64,000 bases of DNA from an uncultured Methylomirabilota bacterium (GCA_963705305.1 OY970067.1:1600001-1664000), one strand, 5' to 3'; positions 50,359 to 60,935 are shown, counted from the first letter of the stretch. A program made the numbers and translations. Notes: generated by a model from the letters alone, not told the origin.

Positions 50359-50526
50359 GTGTTGTCCTCCCACATGAGGTTCACGAAGGAAGGTTATAGT
50401 TCCCTCAGTAATTTCCATAGATCATCTCATCATATTAACTTATCATCTGATTGTCTGATGACTGATAAATACTACAAACACAATCAATATGTCAATAACA
50501 AATTCTCCTGACGTCCGCAATTATTC

Positions 50527-52111
50527 GAGCTTATCTCAAAGTAGGGGGCGCTCATGATGCCCACACCGTCTCCAGCGAGGTGATGAGGACCGAGAGTTGG
50601 GGGACGTGCTCGCCCCCGAGGGCGGCCTCCGCCTCTGCGTAGCGGGTGGGGTGCAGGGCGTACACGAGACAGGCGGCCAGCATATGCAGCGCGCCGGGCA
50701 CGGACCAGCGCCGGCCAATCTGCTTGAGGCGCAGGACCGCCCGGCTCCAGATGCTCTCCAGCCGGTTCGTCGAGAGCGGGATCCTCTCCCCAGTGGCGAG
50801 GAGATGGCAGAGGTAGGTGAGCCCATCCTCGATGAGGCGCAGGACGTAGGCCCGCGTATGCGGGAAGTCGGCTGCCGGGAGCTTCCGCTGGAGGGCGACG
50901 AACGCCTGCTCCGAGGCCGCCAGCAACTCCCGGAGGGCGGCTTTGTCGGTGGGATCCAGCCGGGCGAGCTCCGCCTGGCAGAGCTGGAGGCCGGGAATGC
51001 GGGCGAAGGCCCGCTCGATGCGGCCGCGGGCGGCCTTGCGGTACCCATCCTGGTAGAGGGCGAAGGGGAGGTTGCGCCGACCGTGGACCAAGCAGCGCTG
51101 ATGCAGGGTGCCGGGGCCCGCCAAGGCCTCGGGGATGCCCTCCTCGCCATCGCTCACCAGGACCTTCGGGGGCGTCGGGAAGCGCTGGCGCAGCCGCTCG
51201 GCGATCGTCTCCCAGGCGTCCCCTACGCTGTAATCGAGCACTTCCAGGGGGCCCTGCGGCGTGCGGCTGCCGACCACCAGGCGGAGATCGGTGCTCCCGG
51301 CAGCGTGGCCCTGCGCTTGCAGTTTCAGCTTCGTCCCATCGGCCTGCTGGAAGGCGGCCGGCTTCGGGCCAGGCCGGTGGGTGTAGTCCGGGACCGGGTC
51401 CAGGGTCGCGGCGAAGCCCTGGAAGCGCCGGTGGATGGTGGCGGGACTGGGGGCCCGGCCATCGGGCGCGAGGCCAGCGACCGCTCGTTGGCTTTGGCGG
51501 AAGGACTGGAGGACCGCCAGGCGGTAGCCCGGGACCAGCGTCTCCTCGCACCAGCGGATACGCTTGGGCAGCTCCAGGGCTTCCTTGAGGGGGTACACCG
51601 TGCGGCGGGCCACCGGATCCCAGAGCTTCACCAGGGCGAAGCCCAACTGGCCGAAGGGCAGCTACCAGCGGCGGCCCTGGGTCCCCTTGTCGCAAAACCG
51701 GCCGGGGAATCGGGTCTCCAGCTCGGCCCGGGTCCGGCGCTCGATGGCCTGGAGCACGGCCGTGAAGAGCGTCCTCACCGCCACGCCCTGGAAGCGCCAG
51801 AAGCCGAGGGTCAGCGCTTGAAACAGGCTGGCCTCCTCGGGTATCTTCACCTCGAGGACCAGGTGGATCTGGAGGGTTCGCTGGTTCTCGATGGGGGCAC
51901 CTCCTTCCTTCGTCGGAGGGGTTTGCCCCCATTCTATTCCAGCAGCTACACCTCCCGGGCCCTCTTCTCGCCGCCGGGTCCTCTGCCTGCCTGCCCGCGC
52001 CGACCGGCCCGGCGCGAGCGCCAGCGTTGCGCGCTGTCGCCGGCCGGGTCGGCGCTCAGGAGGCACCCGGCGGATCAGACCTCCCACCGCCCCCTATTTC
52101 GAGACAACCCC
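50527..52111 (-). mobile_element. ISH6/IS256-like (Mutator-type) insertion sequence
   Basis: 24-bp IRs (19/24 identical) and an 8-bp target duplication AATTATTC (50519, 52112). Confidence 0.85.
50552..51892 (-). pseudogene. Mutator-like DDE transposase with an in-frame TAG at 51662-51664
   Basis: QADGT, VLVSDGEEGI, HQRCLVH, STNRLES; the two ORFs are in one frame; the codon at RBS spacing is ATC. Confidence 0.75.
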
Positions 52112-52130
52112 AATTATTCTCGCCCACATG

Positions 52131-53246
52131 TCAGGCCGCCCACCTCTCAAAGCCATATTCACGATGGAGGCCGCCGAGAATCGATCGCGCCACGACCCGC
52201 CTGTCTCGCGGGAGCTCATGGCCGATCATAGAGGCAGCCGGCAGGCCGGGCGGGGGCTGCGGCAGGCCGGGACCGAGTCGGCTGTGTGGCCTCGCCCGGT
52301 TGTAATGAACCTGCCAGATGTGAAGCACCCGACGCAGATGCTCCTCTCCGAACGGGATCAGAAAGTCCAGGCACTCCCGGCGTATAGTCCCCAGGAGTCT
52401 TTCACAAAAGGCGTTCGCCATGGGCGACTGAACGGGGGTCCGGAGGACCCGGACACCCATGGCGGTGAGGGCGGTGTCGAGCCAGGGTGAATAGATGCTG
52501 TCCCGATCGTGGAGGACGAACCGGTAGGGATGGGGTTCCGCAAGGATCTCCCGGAACTGCTGCACGGTCCACGCGGCGGTGGGATGCGCCGTGACGTTGA
52601 CGTGGCGCAGGCGTCGGCTGCCCACCTCGAGCGCGACGAAGACATAGAGGATCCGGAAGGTCGCCGTCACCGCGACGCAGAAATCGCACGCCACGAGGGC
52701 CTGAGCGTGATTCCGCACAAAGGTCGCCCAGCGTTGCCTGGTCGCTCGGGGGACTTCTCCTCCACCGCCAGAGGTGCGGCCCAGGTCCCGGCGGACGGTG
52801 CGCGGCGAAACCCGGATCCCGAGCTTGACCAGTAGCTCCGCGGTGATCCGCTCCTCGCCCCAAGTCGGATTCTCCCGGGCCATGTCGCGGATCAGCCGCC
52901 GGAGCTCCGTCGGGAGCCGGGGCCGGCCCGGCCGCGAGCGCCAGCGCCAGACGAGCCGAAAGGCGTTCCCGTGCCAGCGGAGCAGTGTGGCCGGCTGGAC
53001 GATCGTGAGCGCCTCCCGCCAGGCGAAGCCGCGCGCGAGCAGGACGAGCGCGAGCCGCAGCGGATCCGACGCCCGCTGGGGTTTCACTTGCCGCTCGCGG
53101 TACAGGGCCAGCTGTTTGCGAAGGAACAGATTCTCAGCGACCAGAGCGGTCCGCGAGCGGAGGGCGCTCCCGACGAACAGCACGAGATCTATCGCGAGGC
53201 CCGCTATGCCCCGGCCAAGGTGAACCCACGGCTTTACACATTCCAT
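52131..53246 (-). CDS. Integrase-core (rve) transposase
   Basis: ENLFLRKQL, ENPTWGEERI, ACDF, HDRDS, ANAFCER..RRECLD, YNRARPH, LGGLHREY. Confidence 0.9.
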   Translation of the reverse strand: MECVKPWVHLGRGIAGLAIDLVLFVGSALRSRTALVAENLFLRKQLALYRERQVKPQRASDPLRLALVLLARGFAWREALTIVQPATLLRWHGNAFRLVWRWRSRPGRPRLPTELRRLIRDMARENPTWGEERITAELLVKLGIRVSPRTVRRDLGRTSGGGGEVPRATRQRWATFVRNHAQALVACDFCVAVTATFRILYVFVALEVGSRRLRHVNVTAHPTAAWTVQQFREILAEPHPYRFVLHDRDSIYSPWLDTALTAMGVRVLRTPVQSPMANAFCERLLGTIRRECLDFLIPFGEEHLRRVLHIWQVHYNRARPHSRLGPGLPQPPPGLPAASMIGHELPRDRRVVARSILGGLHREYGFERWAA

Positions 53247-53422
53247 GAACCCGGACTCCCCCTACTTCAGGTTGGAATCGTCGGCTGGTTGAGTGCGAGA
53301 GCCGGGAGTCTACCAGCGCAGAATGCATGGCGGATAGATTATTTGCGGAGCACAGGGAAGCTGATTACGAGTTTTCAGGAACGACAGGTCGATGCGAGCG
53401 ATTTCAGAGCCAAGCATAGCCT

Positions 53423-53608
53423 TCAGGGGCTCGGCCAGGGTCGCAGGTGTGAGGGGGCCCGGCTGACGAGGATCTGGCGGGCTCCGGCCTGGGCGTAGGC
53501 GAAGGCGAGGCTCCGCCCGATGCCCTCGCTCGCCCCCATAACAACGGCCAGCCGGCCGTCCAGGTGAAAGGTTGGGGAGGTCGGTGTGCCCTCCGCTACG
53601 GCGGTCAT
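53423..53608 (-). pseudogene. SDR N-terminal fragment
   Basis: LDGRLAVVMGASEGIGRSLA, then truncated near an IS end. Confidence 0.7.
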
Positions 53609-53609
53609 C

Positions 53610-54830
53610 TCATCCCCTCCGGATCACCCGGCCCGTCGAGGGGTCGAGGGGGTGGACATCGCGAAGGAGCCGCGCGTCGAAGGGGTAGCTAGTGTAGACC
53701 TCGGGCCCCGCCTCGCGGAGCACCAGATTGTGCTCGAGGCGGAAGCCAGCGACGCCGGGCTTGCCGTAGTACGGCTCGTAGTTGGCGACCATCCCAGGGC
53801 GAAGCGTGAGCGGGTCGTTTTTCGAGGTGACGCTGAAGTGCGGCGGCTCCCAGGGGTTGAGCCCGCTGCCGTGGCCCAGCGAGCTCAGCACGTACTGCTC
53901 GCCGCAGGCCGTGACCACCTCCGCGTTGGTCGTGCCAGGCCGGGTCGCGGCCACCGCCCGGTGCAGCGCGTCGTAGCAGGCCTGGTGCAGGTCGATCTGC
54001 TCCTTGGTGGGGGAGACATCGCCGCAGATCCAGGTGCGTGTGAAATCGCCATAGTAGCCGTTGAACACCGCGCCGATGTCGATAATGACCGGATCCCCCA
54101 GCCGGATGATGCGATCGGAGGTGAACCGCCGATAGGGGGCTGTGTAGGGGCCGGATGCTACGATGTTGGAGCACTGTGTCCACTCGCTCCCCATGGCGGT
54201 CATCCGCTGCCAGGCGGCGGCCAGCACCTCGCACTCGCGCACCCCCGGCTTGAGGACGGCCAGGGCGGCGTCCATCGCGGCCTCGGTCATGGCGTTGGCG
54301 ATCTTCAGGCACTGGATCTCGTCCTCGGTCTTGATGATCTTGGCCTGAATCAAGATCTCGTAGCCATCCACGAAGCGGCTCTCGGGGAAGGCTTTCCGCA
54401 GCCCCTCGGCCATGGAGGGTGTGTACATGTCGATGCCGATGCTCTTGCCCGCGAGGGAGCCGACCAGGCCGCGCAGCCGCTCCGCAAATTCCTGGATCCC
54501 GGCGATCTCGCGGAAGTTGGCGCGCGGCTGGACCTGCCCCTTCTGCAGCCAGGGCATGCGGGCGTTGCAGTGCCCCTCGTCCATGGTGAAGAGGATCGGC
54601 GGCGTCTTGTCGCCGATGACCACCGTGGCATTTCCAATCACAGCCGCAGGCCCGAGGTGGTGCCGGTATGCGGTGAGGTAGCGGGCATCCTCGGTCCGGA
54701 AGACGAAGAGCAGATCCGCCTCGGAGGCCGCGATGACGGCCTGGGCCTTGGCTACACGCTCCTTGCGCAGGCGGTCGAAGTCGATGCGCTGCTCCCAGTC
54801 AACACCCATCATCCCGAATTCATCGTTCAT
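53610..54830 (-). CDS. M24-family (Xaa-Pro peptidase/creatinase-like) hydrolase
   Basis: IKTEDEI, IDIG..GYYGDFTRT, GHGSGL..EPP, EP..GFRLE. Confidence 0.88.
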   Translation of the reverse strand: MNDEFGMMGVDWEQRIDFDRLRKERVAKAQAVIAASEADLLFVFRTEDARYLTAYRHHLGPAAVIGNATVVIGDKTPPILFTMDEGHCNARMPWLQKGQVQPRANFREIAGIQEFAERLRGLVGSLAGKSIGIDMYTPSMAEGLRKAFPESRFVDGYEILIQAKIIKTEDEIQCLKIANAMTEAAMDAALAVLKPGVRECEVLAAAWQRMTAMGSEWTQCSNIVASGPYTAPYRRFTSDRIIRLGDPVIIDIGAVFNGYYGDFTRTWICGDVSPTKEQIDLHQACYDALHRAVAATRPGTTNAEVVTACGEQYVLSSLGHGSGLNPWEPPHFSVTSKNDPLTLRPGMVANYEPYYGKPGVAGFRLEHNLVLREAGPEVYTSYPFDARLLRDVHPLDPSTGRVIRRG

Positions 54831-54971
54831 CCCAAAGCCTCCTTGCCACATGGCGAGTGCGTCACCGTTAACGGGTGGGATAGCGTCCGCTGCCGACTGC
54901 CTGACGAGCCAAGCGATCAGTGGGCGCCACCGCCCGGAAGGCGATCAGTCAACTGTAGTGCTCCCCCGAAG

Positions 54972-55802
54972 TCAAGCCACCTGGGGTGCATAACGCGCCC
55001 GGTACTGGGCCGGGCTGAGGTACTGCAAGGCCTGATGCGGCCGCTCCGTGTTGTACCAGGCGATCCACCGGCGGATGATCTGCCGGGCCTCCTGGTAGCC
55101 GGTGAAGACCTGCTGCCAGATGCACTCCTCCTTCAGGCTGCGGAAGAAGCGTTCGATGACCCCGTTCTGCTCCGGGGTGTACGGCGTGATGAACTCTTGG
55201 CGGAGGCGGTAGGTTCGGCACGCCGCCCGGAAGCGCCGGCTCTGGAAGATGAGCCCGTTGTCGCTCCGGAGGGTGGGCGTCGGGCCTGTGGGCCGCACGG
55301 TGCCGAAGCGGGCGAGACAGGCCGCCTCCAGGGCCCACTCCGCCTCCTGGGCGCGGCCGCGCAACGCGAACTCGTACCCCACCACCGCCCGATCATGGCA
55401 ATCGACCACGGCGGTGAGGTGCGCCCAGCCATCGGTGCCGCACGGGATATGGGTTACATCCACGGCCCAGCGGGTGTTCGGGGTCGCGGCCACGCTCTGC
55501 CGGCCGTGGACCCGCGGCCGGGGCGTGCGGGGGCGCTGGTGGACGAACCTGCCGTAGTGTTGGAGCACGCGGTAGACGGTCTTCCGGTTGATCCGGCGCC
55601 CCTCGCGGAACCGGAGGAGCGCCCACAGCCGGCGGTACCCGAACGTGGGGTGGGCCTGGATCAGGGCCGCCACCCGGGCAACCAGATCGCCATTCAGGGG
55701 CCGGGGCGGCCGCGGGGATCGGGACGGGCGTCGCGCCGCCCGCCAGGCCGAGCGCGGCACCTGGAGCACCCGGCAGAGTCGGCGCTGCGAGACGTCGGAC
55801 AT
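54972..55802 (-). CDS. IS3 OrfB transposase
   Basis: FGYRR, WAVDVT, RSDNG, NGVIERFFRSLKEE, YNTERPH. Confidence 0.9.
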   Translation of the reverse strand: MSDVSQRRLCRVLQVPRSAWRAARRPSRSPRPPRPLNGDLVARVAALIQAHPTFGYRRLWALLRFREGRRINRKTVYRVLQHYGRFVHQRPRTPRPRVHGRQSVAATPNTRWAVDVTHIPCGTDGWAHLTAVVDCHDRAVVGYEFALRGRAQEAEWALEAACLARFGTVRPTGPTPTLRSDNGLIFQSRRFRAACRTYRLRQEFITPYTPEQNGVIERFFRSLKEECIWQQVFTGYQEARQIIRRWIAWYNTERPHQALQYLSPAQYRARYAPQVA

Positions 55803-55810
55803 GCTCGCGC

Positions 55811-56137
55811 TTACTCGCCGGACGTCGTCGGCCCGAAAGGGCGGCCCTTCAGCGCCTCCTTGAGGATGTCGAGATCCAGGACGAGCTCCCCGACCTTCTG
55901 CTTGAGCTGTTTGATCTGCGCGTCCTTCAGGGCGTCCTCGTCCTTCGGCCGATTCCGGAGGGCGTTCTCGGCCGCCACCAGGAACCGGTCCTGCCAGCTC
56001 TCGATCTCGGCCACCGTGAGGCCGTGCTGGCGGGCGGCCTCCGCGACCGTCGTCTCGCCTTTCAAGATCGCTACCACCAGGGCTGCTCGGCGCTTGGCGG
56101 TCCATCGCTCCACCGGTTCGGGGCTCTCGTCGACCAT
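55811..56137 (-). CDS. IS3 OrfA (HTH)
   Basis: RWTAKRRAALV..AEAARQHGLT..LKQKVGEL. Confidence 0.88.
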   Translation of the reverse strand: MVDESPEPVERWTAKRRAALVVAILKGETTVAEAARQHGLTVAEIESWQDRFLVAAENALRNRPKDEDALKDAQIKQLKQKVGELVLDLDILKEALKGRPFGPTTSGE

Positions 56138-56363
56138 GGCCACCTCCGTGCCAGGGATCCTCCCATGGCGTCAGGGTGGCGTCAACTTCACGGGGAGCAG
56201 GATACAACGGGCCTCTTTCACGCCTACTCCTTCACCTCCACCGCATCAACAAGCCGCTGCAGCACAGGCTCCCTGCCATCGATATTAGAAAAACCAACCT
56301 GTTTTGTTCCGTTTGGTTATTGCCAACATTTCCTTTCCGGCGTTGGCCCCAACGGGTAGGTTC

Positions 56364-58052
56364 TCATTCTACTGTCACACCATAATCCACCCGGGCCATC
56401 TCTGAACTTACCTTTCCGTTCCTAACGTCTTCGTCCACCTCGATACGCGGACGGCTCTGTGGAAAACCAAACCCTCCGCCGCCGGCTGTCTCGATTATGA
56501 GGCGGTCTCCCTCATATAGTTGTGTTATCACCTTCGACGGAATAACTTCCTCCTTCCCATCAACTCGTTTGATACGCGAAACTGCTACGGCACCAGAGCC
56601 TCCTCCATGGGATCCGCAGGCTGGGTAGTAATGGCGCTCCCCTCGATGCGTAAGTGTTACATTCCCGTAAAGTACCTCAAATTCCTTCATTAAACCAAGG
56701 CCTCCTCGATAACGTCCTGGACCACCCGAATCACGCCGTAACCTCAGGCAATTCACCCGAATAGGCGCATCCATTTCGAGTGCCTCAACAGGAATGTTCA
56801 TGCAATTTGAAGCATCCGTTTCTATCACATCAACCCCGTCAGAACGGTAGCTCGCGCCGCTGCCGCCCGCAATCAATTCACCAATAATATAGGGTGTTCC
56901 GTCCCACCTCCCCCCTCCAAACGTCACCGCCAAGAGCTCCCCACTGGCGTCTGCTGGGATTTGCTTCTCCAAAACATCTTTAAAAGCGCCGAGGATACAC
57001 CCGGTAAGCCGTTTTATTGTTGCAGTTCTGCAACTCACTGGAGCAGGCTCAAATGGATTCACGATGCTCCCTTCCGGCAAAGTCACCTTAACCGGGCGAA
57101 AGCATCCCGCATTTGTAGGAATTGTCGGATCTGTTAGGGCGCGTATTGCACAATAACAGCCCGCAATGGCACTTGCGGGCACACAATTAAAGGGGCCCTT
57201 AACTTGCTGACTTGATCCCGAAAAATCGAAATGCACATCCCCGTCCTTTACCGTTACAGCTACCTCTATCCTCACTCGGGTTTCTAAATCTATACCATCG
57301 TTGTCCATCTGATCTGAATATCGGTAAGTGCCTTCGGGAATCCTTCCTATTGATTCCCGTGTCATTTCTTCCGACCGGTTTAACAGTTCATCACAAATAC
57401 CCATGAAATGCTGCGTTCCATACTTCGAGATGAGCTCATTCAACCTTCTGACGCCAGTTTGGCACGCTGCAATTTGAGCATTCAGATCTCCCATAAACAT
57501 TTCGGGAATTCGCACATTTGCACGAAGCATCTTCACTAGTGTCTCGTTCATCACCCCGCGATCTCGCAGCTTTAAAGGCGGAATACGAATTCCCTCCTGG
57601 ATAAGTTCTGTTGCCATCGTAGGAACCGAGCCCGGCGTCATCCCTCCGATGTCTTGGTGATGGGTCATAGCCGCAGCGAAGGCAATTGGGCGACCGTGAA
57701 ACACTACCGGGGCCACGAGCCCAATGTCGGGTAGGTGTGTCGCACCGAGGTAGGGGTCGTTCATAATATAAATGTCATCCGCCTGCATTGCCTCAATGCC
57801 AAACGTTTTTATAAAAGTACGAACAATGGGAATTAATGTTCCGAGGTGAATTGGCGTCGCGCACGCTTGCGATAATGTTTCTCCTTCCACGTTAAAGAGG
57901 CTCGCAGAAGCATCCTGCCCCTCCTTCACAATGGGGGAAAAGGAACTCCGCAGTAAGGTTGCCTCCATTTCATTTGAAATCCCGTCCAATTTGTGTCTCA
58001 CGACCTCCATTGTTATGGGGTCAATGGGCGCCGCGTGCTGTTTGTGTCTCAT
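56364..58052 (-). CDS. Hydantoinase B/oxoprolinase subunit
   Basis: DPITMEV, SFSPIVKE, NDPY..THLPD, HHQDIGG, EGIRIPP, DSGGPGRYRGG, GGGGFG. Confidence 0.93.
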   Translation of the reverse strand: MRHKQHAAPIDPITMEVVRHKLDGISNEMEATLLRSSFSPIVKEGQDASASLFNVEGETLSQACATPIHLGTLIPIVRTFIKTFGIEAMQADDIYIMNDPYLGATHLPDIGLVAPVVFHGRPIAFAAAMTHHQDIGGMTPGSVPTMATELIQEGIRIPPLKLRDRGVMNETLVKMLRANVRIPEMFMGDLNAQIAACQTGVRRLNELISKYGTQHFMGICDELLNRSEEMTRESIGRIPEGTYRYSDQMDNDGIDLETRVRIEVAVTVKDGDVHFDFSGSSQQVKGPFNCVPASAIAGCYCAIRALTDPTIPTNAGCFRPVKVTLPEGSIVNPFEPAPVSCRTATIKRLTGCILGAFKDVLEKQIPADASGELLAVTFGGGRWDGTPYIIGELIAGGSGASYRSDGVDVIETDASNCMNIPVEALEMDAPIRVNCLRLRRDSGGPGRYRGGLGLMKEFEVLYGNVTLTHRGERHYYPACGSHGGGSGAVAVSRIKRVDGKEEVIPSKVITQLYEGDRLIIETAGGGGFGFPQSRPRIEVDEDVRNGKVSSEMARVDYGVTVE

Positions 58053-58148
58053 TGTTTGCTCCTGCCACAATATTGTCTTGCAATAATCCTGTCGTATTCG
58101 AATTACCTCGATCTGCTTGACAGCCCCAGTAACGGCGGTTTCCTAATG

Positions 58149-60293
58149 CTAACAATGCATGAGCATGTTACCCGCCGCGTCAATCTGACAGAACCAGCCA
58201 ATATCAACTACAGTTGTCGTATCCTCCTGCTCGACTATTGCGGGCCCTGTAAATTCATATCCTGTCCCTAGCGCATCTCTGTCGTACACCTTCGCCTTAA
58301 CGGCTTCGCCACTTCCGGGCAAGAAAATCTGCCGGGTCCCTTTTTGCGGTATTGCATTGGAGCTTGCTGCACGGGTAAAATCGACATGCTCCAGTCTTAT
58401 GGCCCGGTGGATACTTCGCAGATTTACAATGCATGCGGGCGCATCAGTGCAATAACCGTAAACGCTATCATGGATCCGGATAAAATTATCATAGAGCTTC
58501 TGTAAGAGGTCTGAATTCTCAACGCAAATAGGAACCTCTATTGTATACGATTGGCCAATGTAACAGACGTCTGCGTAATAGGCTATGACGATGTTTGCTT
58601 CGTCAATCTCCTCGGCGGCCATCAGTTCAGAACACTTTGCGTCCAATGACTTAAGTCGCTCTACCATGTCTTCTACCGCTAATCCACTTAGCGGGCGAGC
58701 AAATGACGACGTCGCCTCGTGCTCCACAGGGGCAGAGAGCAGCCCTGCGGCTGACAAGACACCAGGATACCGGGGAACGATTATCCTCGTTATATTCAAT
58801 TCCTTGGCTAACGCCGTTATATGTACAGCTCCTCCACCGCCGAGCGCCAGCAATGTAAAAGTCCTCGGGTCGATTCCTTGGCGTATTGAAATAAGCCGTA
58901 TGGCTTCAGCCATTTGCGCATTCAGCACGCGGTGAATACCCAGGGCCGCGACCTTCAAAGGGAGCCCCATCGGTGCGGCTATTTTTTCCTGAATTGCAAC
59001 CGATGCTAAATCAGGATTTAGCTTCAATGAGCCGCCAGCAAAATAATCAGGATCTATGTAGCCGAGAACTATCGAGGCATCGGTTACTGTGGCCTCAGAG
59101 CCGCCCCGACTATAGCAAGCCGGGCCGGGATCGGACCCTGCAGACTCCGGCCCAACTCGAAGGCCCTTGGCCGCATCTAGCCACGCGATGCTTCCACCCC
59201 CAGAGCCGATACTATTGACGTCCACCATGCCTACCCGGACTGGGAAGCCTGCGATGTTGCCTTCAGTTCGAATGATGGCGTTCCCTTTATTGATCAGGGC
59301 AACGTCACAACTCGTTCCCCCGATATCTACGCTGATGAGATCTTCAATACCAGCAGCGCGCCCGACTAGTCGCGCTCCAATGACACCGGCCGCTGGCCCG
59401 GACAGAAACATTCGTATTGGGCGCCTACGGGCAATTTCCGAGACCATCAAGCCGCCGCGTGACTGCATAATCTGGAGCGGCGCCACGACGGCCGACGCTG
59501 ACAGCCCCTTCTCGACCTTTAATAGGTAATGATCGATCACGGGTTTGAGGTACGCATCGAAGGTAGTTGCCACCGTTCGCTCATATTCGCGAAAGGTCGG
59601 ATCCACCTCATGTGATAACGAGACATCCACGCCCGGATATACTTCCTGGATTATTTCGCGGGCACGTAGCTCATGTGCAGGATTGACGAAAGAGAACAAA
59701 AACACAACCGCAATTGCCTCAACACTCTCGCGTCTTAAATCCTCTACCGCTTGCCGCACTGAGGCTTCATCAATGGGTATTATCACCTTTCCAGATGCGG
59801 CCAGTCGCTCCCTAATTTCTCTCCGCCGCGCTCCCGGTACCAGGAAGGTCGGAGTCTCAGGCGTCAAAATAGGATCGTACATCTGTTGCCGGCGTTGTCT
59901 CCCAATCTCGAGAACGTCTTTGAAGCCCTCGGTGGTGAGAAGGCCTAACTTTGCACCCTTTTTTTCCAATACGGCATTAGTGGCAACGGTTGATCCGTGG
60001 GCGAACTTTACAACCTGTCCCGCCGATACTCCCCAGCTTGCGGACATATGGCGAATGGAGGACAACACCGCCAAGCTCGAATCGTGCCGGGTTGACGGTA
60101 TTTTGGTAAACCGCCACACTCCGTTGTTGTCGCGGCAGACAACATCCGTAAAAGTCCCACCAACGTCGACGCCGACTTCCACTTCTATACTCGGTCGACC
60201 TCTGCGCACTTTTCCCCTAACTGGTTTAACGGATGTAGGCATCTTCGGTTCTACAACCATGGGATCAGCCTCCGCACAGCTTTTGAAACCCAT
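58149..60293 (-). CDS. Hydantoinase A/oxoprolinase subunit (start uncertain)
   Basis: GVDVGGTFTD, HGSTVATNA, REYER, SGPAAG, GPESAGSDPGPACY, GGGGAVH. Confidence 0.93.
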   Translation of the reverse strand: MGFKSCAEADPMVVEPKMPTSVKPVRGKVRRGRPSIEVEVGVDVGGTFTDVVCRDNNGVWRFTKIPSTRHDSSLAVLSSIRHMSASWGVSAGQVVKFAHGSTVATNAVLEKKGAKLGLLTTEGFKDVLEIGRQRRQQMYDPILTPETPTFLVPGARRREIRERLAASGKVIIPIDEASVRQAVEDLRRESVEAIAVVFLFSFVNPAHELRAREIIQEVYPGVDVSLSHEVDPTFREYERTVATTFDAYLKPVIDHYLLKVEKGLSASAVVAPLQIMQSRGGLMVSEIARRRPIRMFLSGPAAGVIGARLVGRAAGIEDLISVDIGGTSCDVALINKGNAIIRTEGNIAGFPVRVGMVDVNSIGSGGGSIAWLDAAKGLRVGPESAGSDPGPACYSRGGSEATVTDASIVLGYIDPDYFAGGSLKLNPDLASVAIQEKIAAPMGLPLKVAALGIHRVLNAQMAEAIRLISIRQGIDPRTFTLLALGGGGAVHITALAKELNITRIIVPRYPGVLSAAGLLSAPVEHEATSSFARPLSGLAVEDMVERLKSLDAKCSELMAAEEIDEANIVIAYYADVCYIGQSYTIEVPICVENSDLLQKLYDNFIRIHDSVYGYCTDAPACIVNLRSIHRAIRLEHVDFTRAASSNAIPQKGTRQIFLPGSGEAVKAKVYDRDALGTGYEFTGPAIVEQEDTTTVVDIGWFCQIDAAGNMLMHC

Positions 60294-60755
60294 TGCAAGG
60301 TAAACATACAGCGACGGCTCTCAAGTCGCAACGACCGCCAAAAGGGTAATTTTCACGAAAACTGCGATGCTGCCAAAGCTCATAGCAAGCCACCCTGCCT
60401 TCTCTCAATATCGCAGGCTTGAGGCACTCAATGGAGGACACATTAGCGTCCTTTATTGAAAGTCTCACAATTCCTTGGCCTTGTACTCCGGCTCGCTGAT
60501 TTTGCAACTACGACTTTCACGGTTGAGATGCCCTCTGAAGACCAAAGCTGTCCCGTCGCTCTCCACCCTGCACTCCGCGCCACATGAAAATAGGCTGTCC
60601 TCAGCGGCAGCCCGGCCCCCGACCGACGTCGGTCACTCTTGGTACCGCAAGTCCGGCATAAGTTGGATGCGGGAGCTTCAGGCACGCCGTCATGTCGCTC
60701 CGAGCAGAGTCTCGATCGTGAAGCTCCTCTGGACGCCCGGTGAAGGGAAGGCGCG

Positions 60756-60935
60756 ATGCATGTGCTGTTCGAACCCCGTACCGGGTCGGATCTACCTCAG
60801 GCCACCACCACCGCTTGCGTACGGACCCTGAGGAAGGGGCGCATGCGAGCCTAGGTTTTCCAGGCCTTCGAGACCACGACCCCGGAGCTTTTAGCGCTCC
60901 GAGACTGGCTCGCCGACGCCACGTGCTTCCACCTC
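60756..60935 (+). pseudogene. IS110-family transposase N-terminal remnant
   Basis: MHVLF..GSDL..TTACVRT..*..FETTTPELLALRDWL; in-frame TAG at 60852. Confidence 0.6.

Larger units (their letters stand above)
50509..53354 (-). mobile_element. rve/integrase-core IS-like element whose left end is interrupted by a second IS
   Basis: Ends TGACGTCCGCAATTATT / TGTGCTCCGCAAATAAT. Confidence 0.7.
54954..56206 (-). mobile_element. IS3-family insertion sequence
   Basis: Imperfect IRs TGTAGTGCTCCCCCGAAGT / TGTATCCTGCTCCCCGTGAAGT; orfA and orfB. Confidence 0.88.

Noticed and set aside
51662..51664. Programmed amber readthrough (pyrrolysine or recoding), given in-frame TAGs in several IS genes
   Set aside because: All are in decaying mobile remnants, TAG terminates many normal genes here, and no pyl genes are present.
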